Shown here piece after piece: positions 1 through 11,351 of a stretch of DNA of 32,000 nt (position 1 is the first letter of the stretch; every line of letters starts with the position of its first letter). The notes beneath the pieces are model-generated. The model saw only the letters and a program-made list of their open reading frames with translations. It ran no database searches and was not told the DNA's origin. This stretch comes from Pseudidiomarina andamanensis. Its GTDB lineage: Bacteria > Pseudomonadota > Gammaproteobacteria > Enterobacterales > Alteromonadaceae. The stretch lies in NCBI RefSeq assembly GCF_009734345.1, contig NZ_CP032551.1, positions 1,290,001-1,322,000 of the forward strand, read 5' to 3'. Both the position numbers and the translations under genes were made by a program.

Positions 1-410
1 CCGCAATTGCCGCTGAGCAATACGATGAAGTGCCCGTTGGCGCTGTGTTGGTGTTAAATGATGAGATTATTGGTGAGGGCTTTAATCAGGTGATTACGCT
101 CAATGATCCATCGGCTCATGCCGAAGCGCAGGCTATTCGCGCTGCAGGCAAGCACTTAGGCAATTATCGCTTAGTCGATACCACGCTTTATGTCACTTTA
201 GAACCATGCGCAATGTGCGCGGGGCTAATGACCCATGCACGGGTGAAAACGTTAGTCTTTGGTGCAAGTGACCCACGTACCGGCGCTGCTGGAACCGCTA
301 TCGAGGTCATCAATCACCCAAGTATGAATCACAAAATTGAAGTGATTAGTGGTGTATTGGCTGACGAATGCGGGGATATTTTGCGGCAGTTTTTTCGAAA
401 ACGCCGATAA
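1..410 (+). CDS. tadA: tRNA-specific adenosine deaminase TadA, 5' end outside window (reading frame starts at nt 3)
   Basis: The frame is open from the window edge (AIAAEQYDEVPVGAVLV...). It has the cytidine/deoxycytidylate deaminase zinc motifs HAE (PSAHAEAQAI) and PCxxC (EPCAMCAG). Length and C-terminus are typical of TadA. Confidence 0.9.
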   Translation, partial: AIAAEQYDEVPVGAVLVLNDEIIGEGFNQVITLNDPSAHAEAQAIRAAGKHLGNYRLVDTTLYVTLEPCAMCAGLMTHARVKTLVFGASDPRTGAAGTAIEVINHPSMNHKIEVISGVLADECGDILRQFFRKRR

Positions 411-427
411 ATTGTGAATTCAAAAGG

Positions 428-457
428 AAAGCCCGGCATGAAGCCGGGCTTTTCATT
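428..457. terminator. Bidirectional rho-independent terminator between convergent tadA and purL
   Basis: A 10-bp perfect stem, aaagcccggc (428-437) with gccgggcttt (443-452), encloses a 5-nt loop. T-runs follow it on both strands. Confidence 0.6.
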
Positions 458-466
458 TATGTCTAC

Positions 467-3400
467 CTAACCTAAGTAAACGCGTGCGTTGCGGAACATA
501 CGCATCCATGGGCTGTCTTCGCCCCACTCATCCGGGTGCCAGCTGTTGGCAACGGTACGGAATACACGCTCAGGGTGCGGCATCATAATCGATACACGAC
601 CATCTTTCGTGGTTAGTCCCGTGATGCCTTCAGGTGAGCCGTTCGGGTTCGCCGGATAGGTTGCTGCAACATCACCTTTATTGTTGATGTAACGCATGGT
701 TACCAAGCCTTCGGCGTTCACGGTAGCTAAGTCATTGCCTTTGAACTCGGCACGGCCTTCACCATGTGACACCGCGATTGGCATACGCGAGCCAGCCATG
801 CCTTCAAAGAACAACGAGTTGTTCTTTTGTACCTCAACCAAACTGAAGCGTGCTTCAAAACGCTCCGAACGGTTGGTAACAAAGTGTGGCCATGCTTCTG
901 CACCAGGAATCAGTTCTTTCAGGTTTGATAGCATTTGACAGCCGTTACACACACCGAGTGCAAATGTTTTGTTGCGCTCAAAGAATGCCGCAAACTCATC
1001 ACGCGCACGGCTGTTGAACAAGATTGACTTCGCCCAACCTTCACCAGCGCCTAAAACGTCACCGTAAGAGAAACCACCGCAAGCCACAAGGCCGTTGAAT
1101 TTCTCGAGGCTAACACGACCACTGAGAATATCACTCATGTGCACGTCAATGGCTGCGAAGCCGGCGCGATCAAACGCTGCTGCCATTTCCACATGCGAGT
1201 TCACACCCTGCTCGCGCAAAATCGCAACCATTGGGTCACGCCCCGTGTTGATATATGGCGCAGCAACATCTTCGCTCACATCAAAGCTTAAGTCAGCGAA
1301 TAAGCCTGGGTCATTTAAGTTTTGTTTCGCGTCAAATTCTTCGTCAGCGCATGCTGGGTTATCACGCAAACGCTGCATTTGATGCGTTGTTTCGGCCCAG
1401 ATCGCACGATAGTGGCTACGCAGATGGGCTAGCACCTCTTCGCCGTTACGGTTAAAGCGCACGACATCTTCGCGCACCGGACGACCGATAACATGTACAC
1501 AGTCTTCCAAACCATGTTCCGCGTACACGGCCATCACCTGCTCAAGATCTTCGACACTCACTTGTACCACTGCACCGAGCTCTTCGCTAAATAGTGCCGC
1601 TAAGTCGTCGTCGCCTAAGTTATCAAGCGCAACTTCAACACCACAATGGCCAGCAAAAGCCATTTCAGCAACCGTTGTAAACAAGCCGCCATCAGAGCGA
1701 TCGTGATACGCCATCAACTTCTTGTCGTGAACCAGTTGCTGCGTTGCATCGAAGAAACCTTTTAATGTTTCGGCGCTATCAACGTCAGGTGTGACATCAC
1801 CAAGCTGCCGATAAACTTGTGCTAGCGCAGAACCACCAAGGCGATTTTTGCCGCGACCCAAGTCAATTAACACGAGCTTGCTATCGCCTTTATCCATGCG
1901 TAGTTGTGGCGTCAGGGTACGACGCACATCGCGAACTCGACCGAACGCGGTGATCACTAGGCTCAATGGCGCAGTAACTGCTTTCGAGCCGTCGTGGTCT
2001 TGCCATTGGGTTTTCATCGACATGGAGTCTTTACCCACTGGAATCGTAATACCGAGCGCCGGACACAGCTCTTCACCAACGGCTTTCACGGCTTCATATA
2101 GACCCGCATCTTCGCCCGGGTGACCAGCTGCGGCCATCCAGTTTGCTGACAATTTGACGAATTTCAAATCACCAATATCTGCTGCAGCAATATTGGTGAG
2201 CGACTCACCCACTGCCATGCGTGCAGACGCGGCATAGTTCAACAATGCCAATGGGGTACGTTCACCCATCGCCATCGCTTCACCCGCATAGGTGTCGTAA
2301 CTCGCCGCAGTTACCGCAACATCGGCAACCGGAATTTGCCACGGGCCAACCATTTGATCACGGGCAACTAAGCCAGTTACCGTACGGTCACCAATAGTAA
2401 TCAAGAAGGTTTTTTCAGCAATTGCAGGTAAACGTAATAAGCGTTTCGCAGCTTCATTCAGCTTGATGCCTTCACGCGCAATACTCTCGCCTTGCGCTTG
2501 CTTTGAAGCAACATCGCGGTGCATTTTCGGTGGTTTACCAAGTAAAACATTCAGCGGTAAATCAATGGGTTTATTACCAAAGTGCTCATCGGTTAGCGTT
2601 AAATGCTCAGCTTCTGTCGCTTCACCAATCACAGCAAACGGCGCGCGCTCACGCTTACATATCTCTTCAAACACGTCCATGCGATCAGGCGCGATTGCCA
2701 TCACATAACGTTCTTGCGATTCGTTACACCAAATTTCTAACGGCGACATGCCCGGCTCATCATTTGGCACTTTACGAAGCTCGAAGTTACCGCCGCGACC
2801 GCCGTCACTCACGAGTTCCGGCATTGCGTTCGACAAACCGCCTGCGCCCACATCGTGAATAAACGCAATTGGATTCTTGTCACCAAGTTGCCAGCAACGA
2901 TCAATCACTTCTTGGCAGCGACGTTCCATTTCTGGGTTGTCACGTTGTACCGAAGCAAAATCAAGATCTTCACTCGAAGTACCCGAGGTCATTGAGGATG
3001 CCGCACCGCCACCCAAGCCAATGTTCATGGCTGGGCCACCGAGCACAACGAGTTTCGCGCCAACTGGAATCTCGCCTTTCTCAACGTGCTGCTCGCGAAT
3101 GTTACCCATTCCGCCAGCAATCATGATTGGTTTGTGATAACCGCGAATTTCTTCGCCATTATGGCTGTTCACTTTCTCTTCGTAGGTACGGAAGTAACCG
3201 GTAAGTGCCGGACGACCGAACTCGTTATTAAACGCCGCGCCACCCAGAGGGCCTTCAAGCATAATATCGAGCGCCGTCACAATGCGGTCTGGCTTACCGA
3301 AATCTTCTTCCCAAGGCTGCTCAAAGCCCGGAATTCGTAAGTTTGAAACGCTAAAACCAACCAAGCCGGCTTTTGGCTTCGAACCACGACCTGTGGCGCC

Positions 3401-4369
3401 TTCGTCACGAATCTCGCCACCTGAACCTGTTGCGGCCCCTGGATACGGTGAAATAGCCGTTGGATGGTTGTGGGTTTCAACCTTCATCAAGATATGAACT
3501 GGCTCGTGGAAATAACTATATTCGCCTGCAGCACTGGTTCCTGCTGGATATGGATAGAAACGCCCTGCCTCAGACCCTACCATTACCGCCGCGTTATCTT
3601 TGTAAGCAGAAAGAACATTTTCTGGCGTGACCTCAAAGGTGTTTTTGATCATCTTAAACAACGATTTCAGTTGTTCCTGACCATCAATGGTCCAGTCTGC
3701 GTTAAAGATTTTATGGCGACAGTGTTCTGAGTTGGCTTGCGCAAACATGTACAGTTCAATGTCATTTGGATTACGCTTCAGTGCACTGAAGTTTTCAAAC
3801 AGATAATCAATTTCGTCATCCGCAAGCGCTAATCCCATGTCGATATTTGCGCGTTGCAATGCCTCGCGACCGCCCTGCAAAATATCAATGCTTGTCACTT
3901 CTGCTGGTTCCGCTTCGTGGAACAATACCGTCGCATCATCAAGATCACGCAGCACCATTTCAGTCATGCGATCATGAATTAAGGCAGCGGCTTGCTGCAA
4001 TTGCGCCTCGGTTAAATCACCCGACAAATAATAGGCAATGCCGCGCTCAATGCGGTGAATTTGCGTTAATCCACAATTGTGCGCAATGTCTGTTGCTTTG
4101 GATGACCACGGCGAAATAGTGCCTTGACGCGGTACCACAACCAAGAGCTGCCCTTCTGGAATGTGCGCAGCTAATGCTGGTCCATAGGTCAATAATTTAG
4201 TGAGAACTGTCGTCGCCTCATCGTCGAGCGTCTGTTCTACATCAACGAAATGCATAAATTCGGCATAGACTTCTGATACCGGTAGGTCAGCATTTTGCAG
4301 GCGCTGCAATAATTTCTCAGTTCGAAATTCAGACAAAGCGGGGGCACCGCGTACTATTTCCACAGACAT
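467..4369 (-). CDS. purL: Phosphoribosylformylglycinamidine (FGAM) synthase, single-chain large form
   Basis: The 1300 aa ORF has an N-terminus [16 protein letters not shown] like enterobacterial PurL. It has a C-terminal glutamine amidotransferase domain with GVCNGCQM and a HPE triad region. Confidence 0.97.
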   Translation of the reverse strand: MSVEIVRGAPALSEFRTEKLLQRLQNADLPVSEVYAEFMHFVDVEQTLDDEATTVLTKLLTYGPALAAHIPEGQLLVVVPRQGTISPWSSKATDIAHNCGLTQIHRIERGIAYYLSGDLTEAQLQQAAALIHDRMTEMVLRDLDDATVLFHEAEPAEVTSIDILQGGREALQRANIDMGLALADDEIDYLFENFSALKRNPNDIELYMFAQANSEHCRHKIFNADWTIDGQEQLKSLFKMIKNTFEVTPENVLSAYKDNAAVMVGSEAGRFYPYPAGTSAAGEYSYFHEPVHILMKVETHNHPTAISPYPGAATGSGGEIRDEGATGRGSKPKAGLVGFSVSNLRIPGFEQPWEEDFGKPDRIVTALDIMLEGPLGGAAFNNEFGRPALTGYFRTYEEKVNSHNGEEIRGYHKPIMIAGGMGNIREQHVEKGEIPVGAKLVVLGGPAMNIGLGGGAASSMTSGTSSEDLDFASVQRDNPEMERRCQEVIDRCWQLGDKNPIAFIHDVGAGGLSNAMPELVSDGGRGGNFELRKVPNDEPGMSPLEIWCNESQERYVMAIAPDRMDVFEEICKRERAPFAVIGEATEAEHLTLTDEHFGNKPIDLPLNVLLGKPPKMHRDVASKQAQGESIAREGIKLNEAAKRLLRLPAIAEKTFLITIGDRTVTGLVARDQMVGPWQIPVADVAVTAASYDTYAGEAMAMGERTPLALLNYAASARMAVGESLTNIAAADIGDLKFVKLSANWMAAAGHPGEDAGLYEAVKAVGEELCPALGITIPVGKDSMSMKTQWQDHDGSKAVTAPLSLVITAFGRVRDVRRTLTPQLRMDKGDSKLVLIDLGRGKNRLGGSALAQVYRQLGDVTPDVDSAETLKGFFDATQQLVHDKKLMAYHDRSDGGLFTTVAEMAFAGHCGVEVALDNLGDDDLAALFSEELGAVVQVSVEDLEQVMAVYAEHGLEDCVHVIGRPVREDVVRFNRNGEEVLAHLRSHYRAIWAETTHQMQRLRDNPACADEEFDAKQNLNDPGLFADLSFDVSEDVAAPYINTGRDPMVAILREQGVNSHVEMAAAFDRAGFAAIDVHMSDILSGRVSLEKFNGLVACGGFSYGDVLGAGEGWAKSILFNSRARDEFAAFFERNKTFALGVCNGCQMLSNLKELIPGAEAWPHFVTNRSERFEARFSLVEVQKNNSLFFEGMAGSRMPIAVSHGEGRAEFKGNDLATVNAEGLVTMRYINNKGDVAATYPANPNGSPEGITGLTTKDGRVSIMMPHPERVFRTVANSWHPDEWGEDSPWMRMFRNARVYLG

Positions 4370-4391
4370 GTCTCCAAAAATTATGGGGAAA

Positions 4392-4514
4392 TTATTCTTG
4401 TTTCTCAGTTAGACGAAACCACTTTTGCCGACGCTCGGTTTGCAAGTGGCGTTGTTTACGTAACCAGGCGCGGCGACGCTCTGGCGATACTAATCGACGA
4501 TTCTTGTTACGCAT
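4392..4514 (-). CDS. Candidate 40 aa highly basic small protein ([40 protein letters not shown])
   Basis: I translated this by hand; it is below the ORF-track size cutoff. Its ATG (4514-4512) overlaps the mltF stop codon by 1 nt (TAATG). Its stop lies 22 nt upstream of the purL ATG. There is no recognisable family, so it could be a chance ORF in the purL leader/promoter region. Confidence 0.3.
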   Translation of the reverse strand: MRNKNRRLVSPERRRAWLRKQRHLQTERRQKWFRLTEKQE

Positions 4515-5917
4515 TAGTTGACTCCATCTCCGCTTCCCTCAGGAACCGAGATTTCCATAGGTTTGGCTGGAATCCTTCCTCGATTATCTAGCCATACCAA
4601 GGTGTCGTAATAGCGACGTATGTTCCCTACGTATCGCACCGGTTCATCACCACGTGCAAACCCAAAACGAGTTTGTCGATAAAACTGCTTTTGTCTTAAT
4701 AAAGGTAGACGTTTTCGCACATCAATCCAGCGATCGGGATCACCCCCCTGTTGCTGGGTCAGAATGCGCGCATCTTCCAAGTGGCCGTAGCCAATGTTAT
4801 ATGCTGCTAACGCGAACCAAATGCGGTCTGGCTCTAAAATTCGCGCCGGAATACGCTGCAGCATTCGCTCAAAATATCGCGCGCCACCCTGAATACTTTG
4901 CTCAGGATTCAAGCGACTGGTTACGCCCATCGCTTTGGCGGTTGGCAACGTTAGCATCATCATGCCACGCACACCGGTTGGCGAAATCGCCCGTGGATTC
5001 CACAAGCTCTCTTGATAACTAATTGCCGCCAGTAAGCGCCAATCCAATGCTCCCGCATGCTTTTCAAATACATCGCGGTACTTTGGCAACACGGTTTGCA
5101 CGGCATCAATAAATAAACTGGTATCAACATAATTGAAGCTAGCGACATGCCCGAAATGTTGATCAAGAAGTTGAGAAAGTTGCCCTGAATGGCGGAGGTT
5201 ACCGAAAAATGCAATGACTTCCGAATAAAGCGATGCGTCCACTTGCTTATTTAATAGCCAAGCAATATCAACATCATCGCGAACGGTAAAGGCAACACTT
5301 AAATCGGGGTAGTAGCGCCGTTGCAGATCCAAAGTATTGCTGTCTGCAATAGTGTAGGCTATTTCGCCTTCGACCACTTGGCGCAGTAATTCGCTGGCGT
5401 CATGGTCGTCGGTGGCTCGCCACTTAAGCTCGGGATAATCGTCTTCTATTTGCTGCAGCCAATCATGGTGACTTGAGCCTTCAACGACAACGAGTTCAGC
5501 CTCAAGCTCGTCAAGACTTCTCGGTCGCTCTCGGGCTCCCTGTTTAAAAACGATTCGTTGGGATACTTCGAAATATGGTGGACCAAACCGAAAGCGCTGT
5601 TCGCGCTGATTGGTACGATTTAAACCAGCAGCTAATACATCGACATCGCCCGACTCTAGCAGGTTTAAGAGGTTTTTGACGTTGTAGCGAGACACCATCT
5701 CAACGTCAACGCCAATTTCTTCAGCAAATTGTTTCGCCAGAACATACTCGATACCCGCTTCGCCTTCGGCATCGAGATAATAGCTAGTGGGCCCCAGCAA
5801 TGTTCCTACACGCAACACGCCGCGCTCTTTGATGGCGTCAAGCTGGCTCGGCTGCGGTTCGGGCGCACACCCGAGCAACAAACCTATCATGAGCCAGCTA
5901 AAAAGCCACTTAAGCAC
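4514..5917 (-). CDS. mltF: Membrane-bound lytic murein transglycosylase F-like (solute-binding-like N-domain plus SLT domain)
   Basis: 467 aa. The N-terminal hydrophobic signal has a lipobox-like LLLGC. A PBP-type domain is followed by an SLT catalytic region (AISYQESLWNP ... AYNIGYGHLEDA). The GTG start lies 3 nt after the guaA stop. Confidence 0.85.
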   Translation of the reverse strand: MLKWLFSWLMIGLLLGCAPEPQPSQLDAIKERGVLRVGTLLGPTSYYLDAEGEAGIEYVLAKQFAEEIGVDVEMVSRYNVKNLLNLLESGDVDVLAAGLNRTNQREQRFRFGPPYFEVSQRIVFKQGARERPRSLDELEAELVVVEGSSHHDWLQQIEDDYPELKWRATDDHDASELLRQVVEGEIAYTIADSNTLDLQRRYYPDLSVAFTVRDDVDIAWLLNKQVDASLYSEVIAFFGNLRHSGQLSQLLDQHFGHVASFNYVDTSLFIDAVQTVLPKYRDVFEKHAGALDWRLLAAISYQESLWNPRAISPTGVRGMMMLTLPTAKAMGVTSRLNPEQSIQGGARYFERMLQRIPARILEPDRIWFALAAYNIGYGHLEDARILTQQQGGDPDRWIDVRKRLPLLRQKQFYRQTRFGFARGDEPVRYVGNIRRYYDTLVWLDNRGRIPAKPMEISVPEGSGDGVN

Positions 5918-5920
5918 GTA

Positions 5921-7495
5921 TTATTCCCATTCAATCGTAGCCGGCGGTTTACCCGAAATGTCGTAAACCACCCGTGAAATACCGTCGATTTCGTTAATAA
6001 TACGGTTTGACACTTTTTCGAGCAATTCATAAGGCAAATGAGCCCAGCGCGCGGTCATAAAATCGATAGTTTCAACGGCGCGAAGCGCAATGACCCAGTC
6101 GTATTTCCGCGCATCACCCATGACGCCCACTGAGCGCACTGGCAAGAACACCGCAAACGCTTGGCTAACATCGTGATAAATACCTGCGTTACGGAGTTCA
6201 CTGATAAAGATGTGATCAGCGCGGCGCAATAAGTCACAGTATTCTTTCTTCACTTCGGCAAGCACTCGCACACCGAGGCCTGGGCCTGGGAATGGGTGGC
6301 GATACAACATGTCATATGGCAAGCCAAGCTCTAAACCAATTTTGCGTACTTCATCTTTGAATAACTCTCGCAATGGCTCAACCAAGCTAAGCTTCATATC
6401 TTCTGGCAAGCCACCCACGTTGTGGTGCGACTTAATGACATGCGCTTTACCTGTTTTCGAACCAGCCGATTCAATTACATCTGGATAAATCGTGCCTTGA
6501 GCTAAGAATGAAACGTCTTTAATGCGGCTCGCTTGCTCATCAAAAATTTCGATAAACACGCGACCTATAATCTTGCGTTTCGCTTCTGGGTCTTTTTCGC
6601 CAGCAAGGGCATCAAGAAAACGATTTTCTGCGTCTACATGAACAATGTTCAAACCGTAATGGTCGCCGAACATTTCCATCACTTGCTCAGCTTCTTGCCA
6701 ACGTAATAAGCCATTATCTACAAATACGCAGGTGAGCTGATCACCAATGGCACGATGCAACAACATCGCGGTCACTGAACTATCGACGCCACCAGAAAGC
6801 CCAAGAACAACTTTTTGGTTGCCAACTTGCTCACGGATGCGCGCTACCGCGTCATCAATAATATGTGCTGGGGTCCAATTCGTTTCACACTCACAAATTT
6901 CAACCACAAAGTGTTCGAGCATACGCATACCCTGGCGGGTATGGGTTACTTCTGGGTGAAATTGTACGCCATAGAAATCGCGCTTATCGTCTGCCATAGC
7001 AGCGATAGGACAGGTTGGTGTTTGTGCGACGATATCAAAGCCTTCTGGCACTTCAATCACTTTATCACCGTGGCTCATCCACACATCTAACAACGGATTA
7101 CCATTGTCGTGCACGCTATCTTCAATGTGGTGGAACAGCGGACATGGGGCGATGCGTTCAACCTGGGCATAGCCAAATTCACGCTCGAGTGAACCTTGAA
7201 CTTTACCGCCTAGCTGCTCAGCCATAGTTTGCATGCCATAGCAAATACCAAACACGGGTACGCCAGCTTCAAACACGTACTCAGGCGCACGTGGTGAGTT
7301 TGCTTCAGTAACGGATTCAGGGCCACCTGACAAAATAATACCGTTCGGTTTAAAGCCACGGATGTCTTCTTCACTGACATCCCATGCCCACAGTTCACAG
7401 TAAACACCCAGTTCACGAATACGACGAGCAATTAACTGCGTGTATTGCGAGCCAAAATCTAAAATCAATATACGATGTGCATGAATATCTTGCAT
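5921..7495 (-). CDS. guaA: GMP synthase (glutamine-hydrolysing)
   Basis: 524 aa. Features are [19 protein letters not shown], GATase CYGMQ, the PP-loop [10 protein letters not shown] and the C-terminal IEWE. Confidence 0.97.
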   Translation of the reverse strand: MQDIHAHRILILDFGSQYTQLIARRIRELGVYCELWAWDVSEEDIRGFKPNGIILSGGPESVTEANSPRAPEYVFEAGVPVFGICYGMQTMAEQLGGKVQGSLEREFGYAQVERIAPCPLFHHIEDSVHDNGNPLLDVWMSHGDKVIEVPEGFDIVAQTPTCPIAAMADDKRDFYGVQFHPEVTHTRQGMRMLEHFVVEICECETNWTPAHIIDDAVARIREQVGNQKVVLGLSGGVDSSVTAMLLHRAIGDQLTCVFVDNGLLRWQEAEQVMEMFGDHYGLNIVHVDAENRFLDALAGEKDPEAKRKIIGRVFIEIFDEQASRIKDVSFLAQGTIYPDVIESAGSKTGKAHVIKSHHNVGGLPEDMKLSLVEPLRELFKDEVRKIGLELGLPYDMLYRHPFPGPGLGVRVLAEVKKEYCDLLRRADHIFISELRNAGIYHDVSQAFAVFLPVRSVGVMGDARKYDWVIALRAVETIDFMTARWAHLPYELLEKVSNRIINEIDGISRVVYDISGKPPATIEWE

Positions 7496-7501
7496 GTTAG
7501 C

Positions 7502-8971
7502 TTAACCCATCCGATAGTTTGGTGCTTCTTTGGTGATTTGCACGTCGTGTACATGAGACTCACCCATTCCTGCAGCAGTTACTTTGACAAACTGCGGCTT
7601 GGTGCGCATTTCTTTCATATTGGCACAGCCGGTTAAGCCCATTGCTGAACGTAAGCCACCCATTTGCTGGTGAATAATGGTGGCAATTGGACCTTTGTAA
7701 GCAACACGCCCTTCAATACCTTCAGGAACAAGCTTTTCAGCTTCGTTGGTCGCTTGGAAGTAACGATCTGACGAACCATGACGTTGGTTCATTGCACCGA
7801 TACTGCCCATGCCGCGATATGATTTGTAGTAACGACCTTGATACAGCTCAACTTCACCTGGCGACTCTTCGGTACCGGCTAACATGCTGCCGACCATCAC
7901 GCAGTCAGCGCCAGCTGCGATAGCTTTCGCGATATCACCTGAGAAACGGATACCGCCGTCAGCAATCACTGGAATGTTGGTACCTTTAAGCGCATCAACG
8001 GCGTCAGAAATTGCCGTAATTTGTGGTACGCCACAACCCGTGACAATACGTGTAGTACAAATTGAACCAGGGCCAATTCCCACTTTCACTGCGTCAACGC
8101 CAGCATCAGCAAGCGCTTTTGCACCAGCACCGGTCGCCACGTTACCTGCGATGATTTGTAAATCAGGATAGGTTTTGCGAGCCCAAGTAACACGGTCGAT
8201 AACGCCTTGCGAATGACCATGCGACGTATCGATCAATAACACATCAACACCCGCTTCAACCAACGCTTCAACGCGTTCTTCTGTACCTGGACCAACGCCG
8301 ACGGCTGCGCCCACGCGCAAACGGCCAAGCTCGTCTTTACAGGCGTTTGGTTTATTTTCAGCTTTGGTGAAATCTTTCAGGGTAATCATGCCGCGTAAAT
8401 GAAACGCATCGTCAACCACCAGAATTTTTTCAATACGGTGTTGATGCATGAGGTTCAGAATTTCTTCGCTCTGCGCGTTAGCTTTCACGGTTACAAGCTT
8501 GTCTTTTTGCGTCATAATCGAGCTAACCAGTCGATTATCATCGCGCTCAGCGCGGGTATCGCGGCCGGTGATAATGCCGACCAGCTCGCCAGACTTTTCA
8601 ACCACAGGGAAACCGTGGAAGCCATGTTCAACGGCTAATGCACGAATTTCGCCAAGCGTGGTGTCTGGGCTAACAGTAATTGGGTCAGAAACCATGCCAC
8701 TTTCGTATTTCTTCACTTTACGAACGTGTGCGGCTTGCTCAGCAATGGTCATATTCTTGTGAATAAAACCGAGACCACCTTCTTGCGCTAATGCAATTGC
8801 GAGCGCAGCTTCGGTGACGGTATCCATTGCGGCGGAAACCATTGGAATATTGAGTTCAATTGAACGCGTTAGACGCGTACGCAAGTCCGCTGTATGGGGT
8901 AAAACGGTTGAATGTCCAGGGACGAGCAAAACGTCGTCAAAGGTAAGGGCTTCTTGAGCAATTCGTAGCAT
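7502..8971 (-). CDS. guaB: IMP dehydrogenase
   Basis: 489 aa. Features are [18 protein letters not shown], a CBS pair insert and the catalytic loop [11 protein letters not shown]. Confidence 0.97.
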   Translation of the reverse strand: MLRIAQEALTFDDVLLVPGHSTVLPHTADLRTRLTRSIELNIPMVSAAMDTVTEAALAIALAQEGGLGFIHKNMTIAEQAAHVRKVKKYESGMVSDPITVSPDTTLGEIRALAVEHGFHGFPVVEKSGELVGIITGRDTRAERDDNRLVSSIMTQKDKLVTVKANAQSEEILNLMHQHRIEKILVVDDAFHLRGMITLKDFTKAENKPNACKDELGRLRVGAAVGVGPGTEERVEALVEAGVDVLLIDTSHGHSQGVIDRVTWARKTYPDLQIIAGNVATGAGAKALADAGVDAVKVGIGPGSICTTRIVTGCGVPQITAISDAVDALKGTNIPVIADGGIRFSGDIAKAIAAGADCVMVGSMLAGTEESPGEVELYQGRYYKSYRGMGSIGAMNQRHGSSDRYFQATNEAEKLVPEGIEGRVAYKGPIATIIHQQMGGLRSAMGLTGCANMKEMRTKPQFVKVTAAGMGESHVHDVQITKEAPNYRMG

Positions 8972-9008
8972 GGCAACATCTCACTGGCTGACTTAATGTT
9001 GCGGGCAG

Positions 9009-9037
9009 ATTTTACTCGCAAACGGCTTTTCAGTAAA
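9009..9037 (-). promoter_or_regulatory. Putative sigma70 promoter of guaBA
   Basis: On the minus strand: -35 TTTACT (9037-9032), a 17-nt spacer, then -10 TAAAAT (9014-9009). An A/T-rich UP-like tract lies just upstream (9038-9060). This is a hexamer match by eye only. Confidence 0.35.
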
Positions 9038-9069
9038 CTGATTTTTTCAATTCTTACCGAGGTTTTATC

Positions 9070-10395
9070 ATGCAACAACCGCACATATTTACCGTCTTTG
9101 GTCTCAATACCGAGGTAAGACAGGTGCTTGAGCAAGGCTTCGGTTCTATTTGGCTAGTTGGCGAAATTTCGAACTTTGCGGCGCCAGGCTCTGGACATTG
9201 GTATTTTACCCTAAAAGATGAACGGGCGCAGATAAAAGCCGCCATGTTCAGAAATGCGAATCAGCGCGTCAAAATTCGGCCTCAACATGGCATGCAGGTG
9301 TTGGTTCGCGCCAAGCTTACGGTTTACGAGCCACGCGGTGACTATCAATTAATTATTGAGCACATGGAAGATGCCGGTGCGGGCTTGTTGCAACAGAAAT
9401 ACGAGCAACTTAAAGCGAAACTGCAAGCTGAAGGACTTTTCGCACCGGAACATAAACAACCATTACCAGAAACGATTAAAAAAGTTGGCGTTATCACCTC
9501 GCCGACTGGTGCAGCTGTGCGCGATATACTCGCGGTACTCAAACGCCGCGACCCAAGTATAGAAGTCATTATTTATCCGAGCTCCGTGCAAGGTCAGGCC
9601 GCTATCGGTGAACTGCTCAACATGCTGCAACGCGCGGTGATGCGCAATGAAGTGGATGTATTAATTGTGGCTCGCGGTGGCGGCTCGTTAGAAGACTTAT
9701 GGTGCTTTAACGATGAACAACTCGCGTATGCATTGCATAGTTGTCCGCTGCCGACCATTTCAGCCGTTGGTCATGAAGTTGACTTCACTATTTGTGACTT
9801 TGTTGCGGATGTTCGCGCACCAACCCCTTCAGCGGCTGCCGAATTAGTCAGTCGCGATCAACGCGAAACGCTCGCTCGCATTCAACACTTGAGCCATCGA
9901 GTTGAACAGGCATGGACACGTCATTATCGCCAGCAGCACCAATACCATGCGCATCTGTCTCAACGTTTGCAGCAACAACACCCGCAACGACAGCTACAAC
10001 AGAATGGCCAGCGCCTTGATGAATTGGCAATGCGCACACAAAATGCCATGCAGCGCTACTTACAACAAACCAAAAGTAACCAAATTCGATTACATTCACG
10101 CCTAACTAACGTTCATCCAGAGCGTCGAATTGCGCCACTGAAACAACAGCAACAACAATTACAACAGCGCCTGAGCCTTGCCATGCAACAATTGTTGAAG
10201 CAGCAGCAACAGCGTTTTCAGTCACTCACACAAGGGTTGCACATGGTTAGCCCGCTGCAAACCATTGAGCGTGGTTATGCTGTGGTGCGCAAAAATGATG
10301 GCAGTTTAGTTCGCAGCCCCAAGCAGTTAACTCAGGGCGAAGCGTTTCAAGTGAAGGTTGCCGAGGGTGAGTTTACGGCAACAAAAACTGAATAA
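9070..10395 (+). CDS. xseA: Exodeoxyribonuclease VII large subunit
   Basis: 441 aa. It has an N-terminal OB-fold region ([10 protein letters not shown]...HWYFTLKD), a catalytic core ([17 protein letters not shown]), and a Q-rich coiled-coil C-terminal region. It sits divergent from guaB as in E. coli. Confidence 0.93.
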   Translation: MQQPHIFTVFGLNTEVRQVLEQGFGSIWLVGEISNFAAPGSGHWYFTLKDERAQIKAAMFRNANQRVKIRPQHGMQVLVRAKLTVYEPRGDYQLIIEHMEDAGAGLLQQKYEQLKAKLQAEGLFAPEHKQPLPETIKKVGVITSPTGAAVRDILAVLKRRDPSIEVIIYPSSVQGQAAIGELLNMLQRAVMRNEVDVLIVARGGGSLEDLWCFNDEQLAYALHSCPLPTISAVGHEVDFTICDFVADVRAPTPSAAAELVSRDQRETLARIQHLSHRVEQAWTRHYRQQHQYHAHLSQRLQQQHPQRQLQQNGQRLDELAMRTQNAMQRYLQQTKSNQIRLHSRLTNVHPERRIAPLKQQQQQLQQRLSLAMQQLLKQQQQRFQSLTQGLHMVSPLQTIERGYAVVRKNDGSLVRSPKQLTQGEAFQVKVAEGEFTATKTE

Positions 10396-11299
10396 AGGCG
10401 TACCATAACGGTAACGTGATAAAACATAGCAGCACACCATAACCAACAATGGCTGCCGACAAAGTCGGCGCTAACCCTGCCATAATTGCCAATGCGCCAG
10501 CAGAAATCATGGCTGGCATGGCGGCTTCCATAATTGTCACTTGTACTGCCAATTGCTCAAGTCCAAAACCATAAAGCACGGCGAAGGCAATTACTGGCGT
10601 TGCGATGAGCTTCAAACCGAGCGCCCAATACAGCGGTCCACGGTCTTCCTGCGGCAACCTGAATTTCAACTGAAAGCCAACGGCAACCATGATCACTGGC
10701 ACTAAGGTAATTGCCAGTGAATCAATAAACTGACTCATCACCTCAGGGTATTCAATACCGCGCATCAGGAGTGCAATGACTAGCGCCACAAAAGGTGGAA
10801 ATTTCGCTATACGAAGGGCTATTGCGCCAGCACTCGGCCGCTTGGCTTCAGTGCCGGGTTCATGACTATAAATGGCGGCGATAATCGTCGCATAAATAGA
10901 CAGAATAAAGAACGAACCAAGTTGGTCATACAATAGCGCGTAGGGAATGCCTTCGGGCCCAAAGAACGCTTCAACCATCGGAAATCCGACAAACGATGTG
11001 TTGCCGAGTGGCACGACGATCAGCATGGCGCCGGTGGTCATTCGCGACCAATTAAGCCACTTACTCAAGCCCAGCAATACGGGCACCGTCACTGCCAGTA
11101 GCAACCATGGCATCAAGGCCGGATATAAGAGTTCTTTACCGAAAGTAAGACTGGGTATTTTCTGTAGGACAACCGCTGGTAACGCGACATAAATCACATA
11201 AGCGTTAAGAATTTGTCCGGTATTTTGCGGGAATTGTCGGCTACGTTGTAGCAATAAGCCAATAACAACGTAACCGGCAATAAAGATGAAGTTGGCCAT
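10373..11299 (-). CDS. AEC (auxin efflux carrier) family permease
   Basis: About 308 aa and polytopic (around 10 hydrophobic segments), with typical AEC-family composition. I prefer the ATG at 11299 (MANFIFIAG) over the TTG at 11317 used by the ORF track. Confidence 0.7.
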   Translation of the reverse strand: MANFIFIAGYVVIGLLLQRSRQFPQNTGQILNAYVIYVALPAVVLQKIPSLTFGKELLYPALMPWLLLAVTVPVLLGLSKWLNWSRMTTGAMLIVVPLGNTSFVGFPMVEAFFGPEGIPYALLYDQLGSFFILSIYATIIAAIYSHEPGTEAKRPSAGAIALRIAKFPPFVALVIALLMRGIEYPEVMSQFIDSLAITLVPVIMVAVGFQLKFRLPQEDRGPLYWALGLKLIATPVIAFAVLYGFGLEQLAVQVTIMEAAMPAMISAGALAIMAGLAPTLSAAIVGYGVLLCFITLPLWYAFIQFLLP

Positions 11300-11351
11300 C
11301 GTAACGGTGCATTCCAAGTTGCATCAATAAGATGGCCTTAGTTTACCTTGC

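Noticed and set aside
696-4119. About a dozen 60-120 aa ORFs on the plus strand (plus one on the minus strand at 3277-3480) inside purL, for example 2503-2862 and 3086-3340
   Set aside because: All are embedded in or antisense to a 1300 aa gene with unmistakable PurL homology. Their translations are low-complexity or Arg/Ser-rich shadow frames with no start context.
4403-4450. PurR-box-like pieces upstream of purL (minus strand: ttGCAAACCgag and GCAAAAgtgGTTTCG)
   Set aside because: The half-sites are either single or separated by 3 extra nt relative to the abutting GCAAAC/GTTTGC palindrome. That spacing is incompatible with canonical PurR binding.
9015-9030. Possible PurR operator in the guaB promoter spacer (ctcGCAAACGgctttt)
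   Set aside because: Only the left half-site GCAAACG matches the 16-bp palindromic PurR box; the right half is poor. It may be a weak site, but I cannot support it without a PWM scan and comparison to other pur promoters in this genome.
10090-10260. Gln-rich tract in XseA ([11 protein letters not shown]...[10 protein letters not shown]) considered as a repeat expansion
   Set aside because: It lies in the region where XseA normally has a coiled-coil or low-complexity segment. The codons are a mixed caa/cag without a clean tandem DNA repeat.
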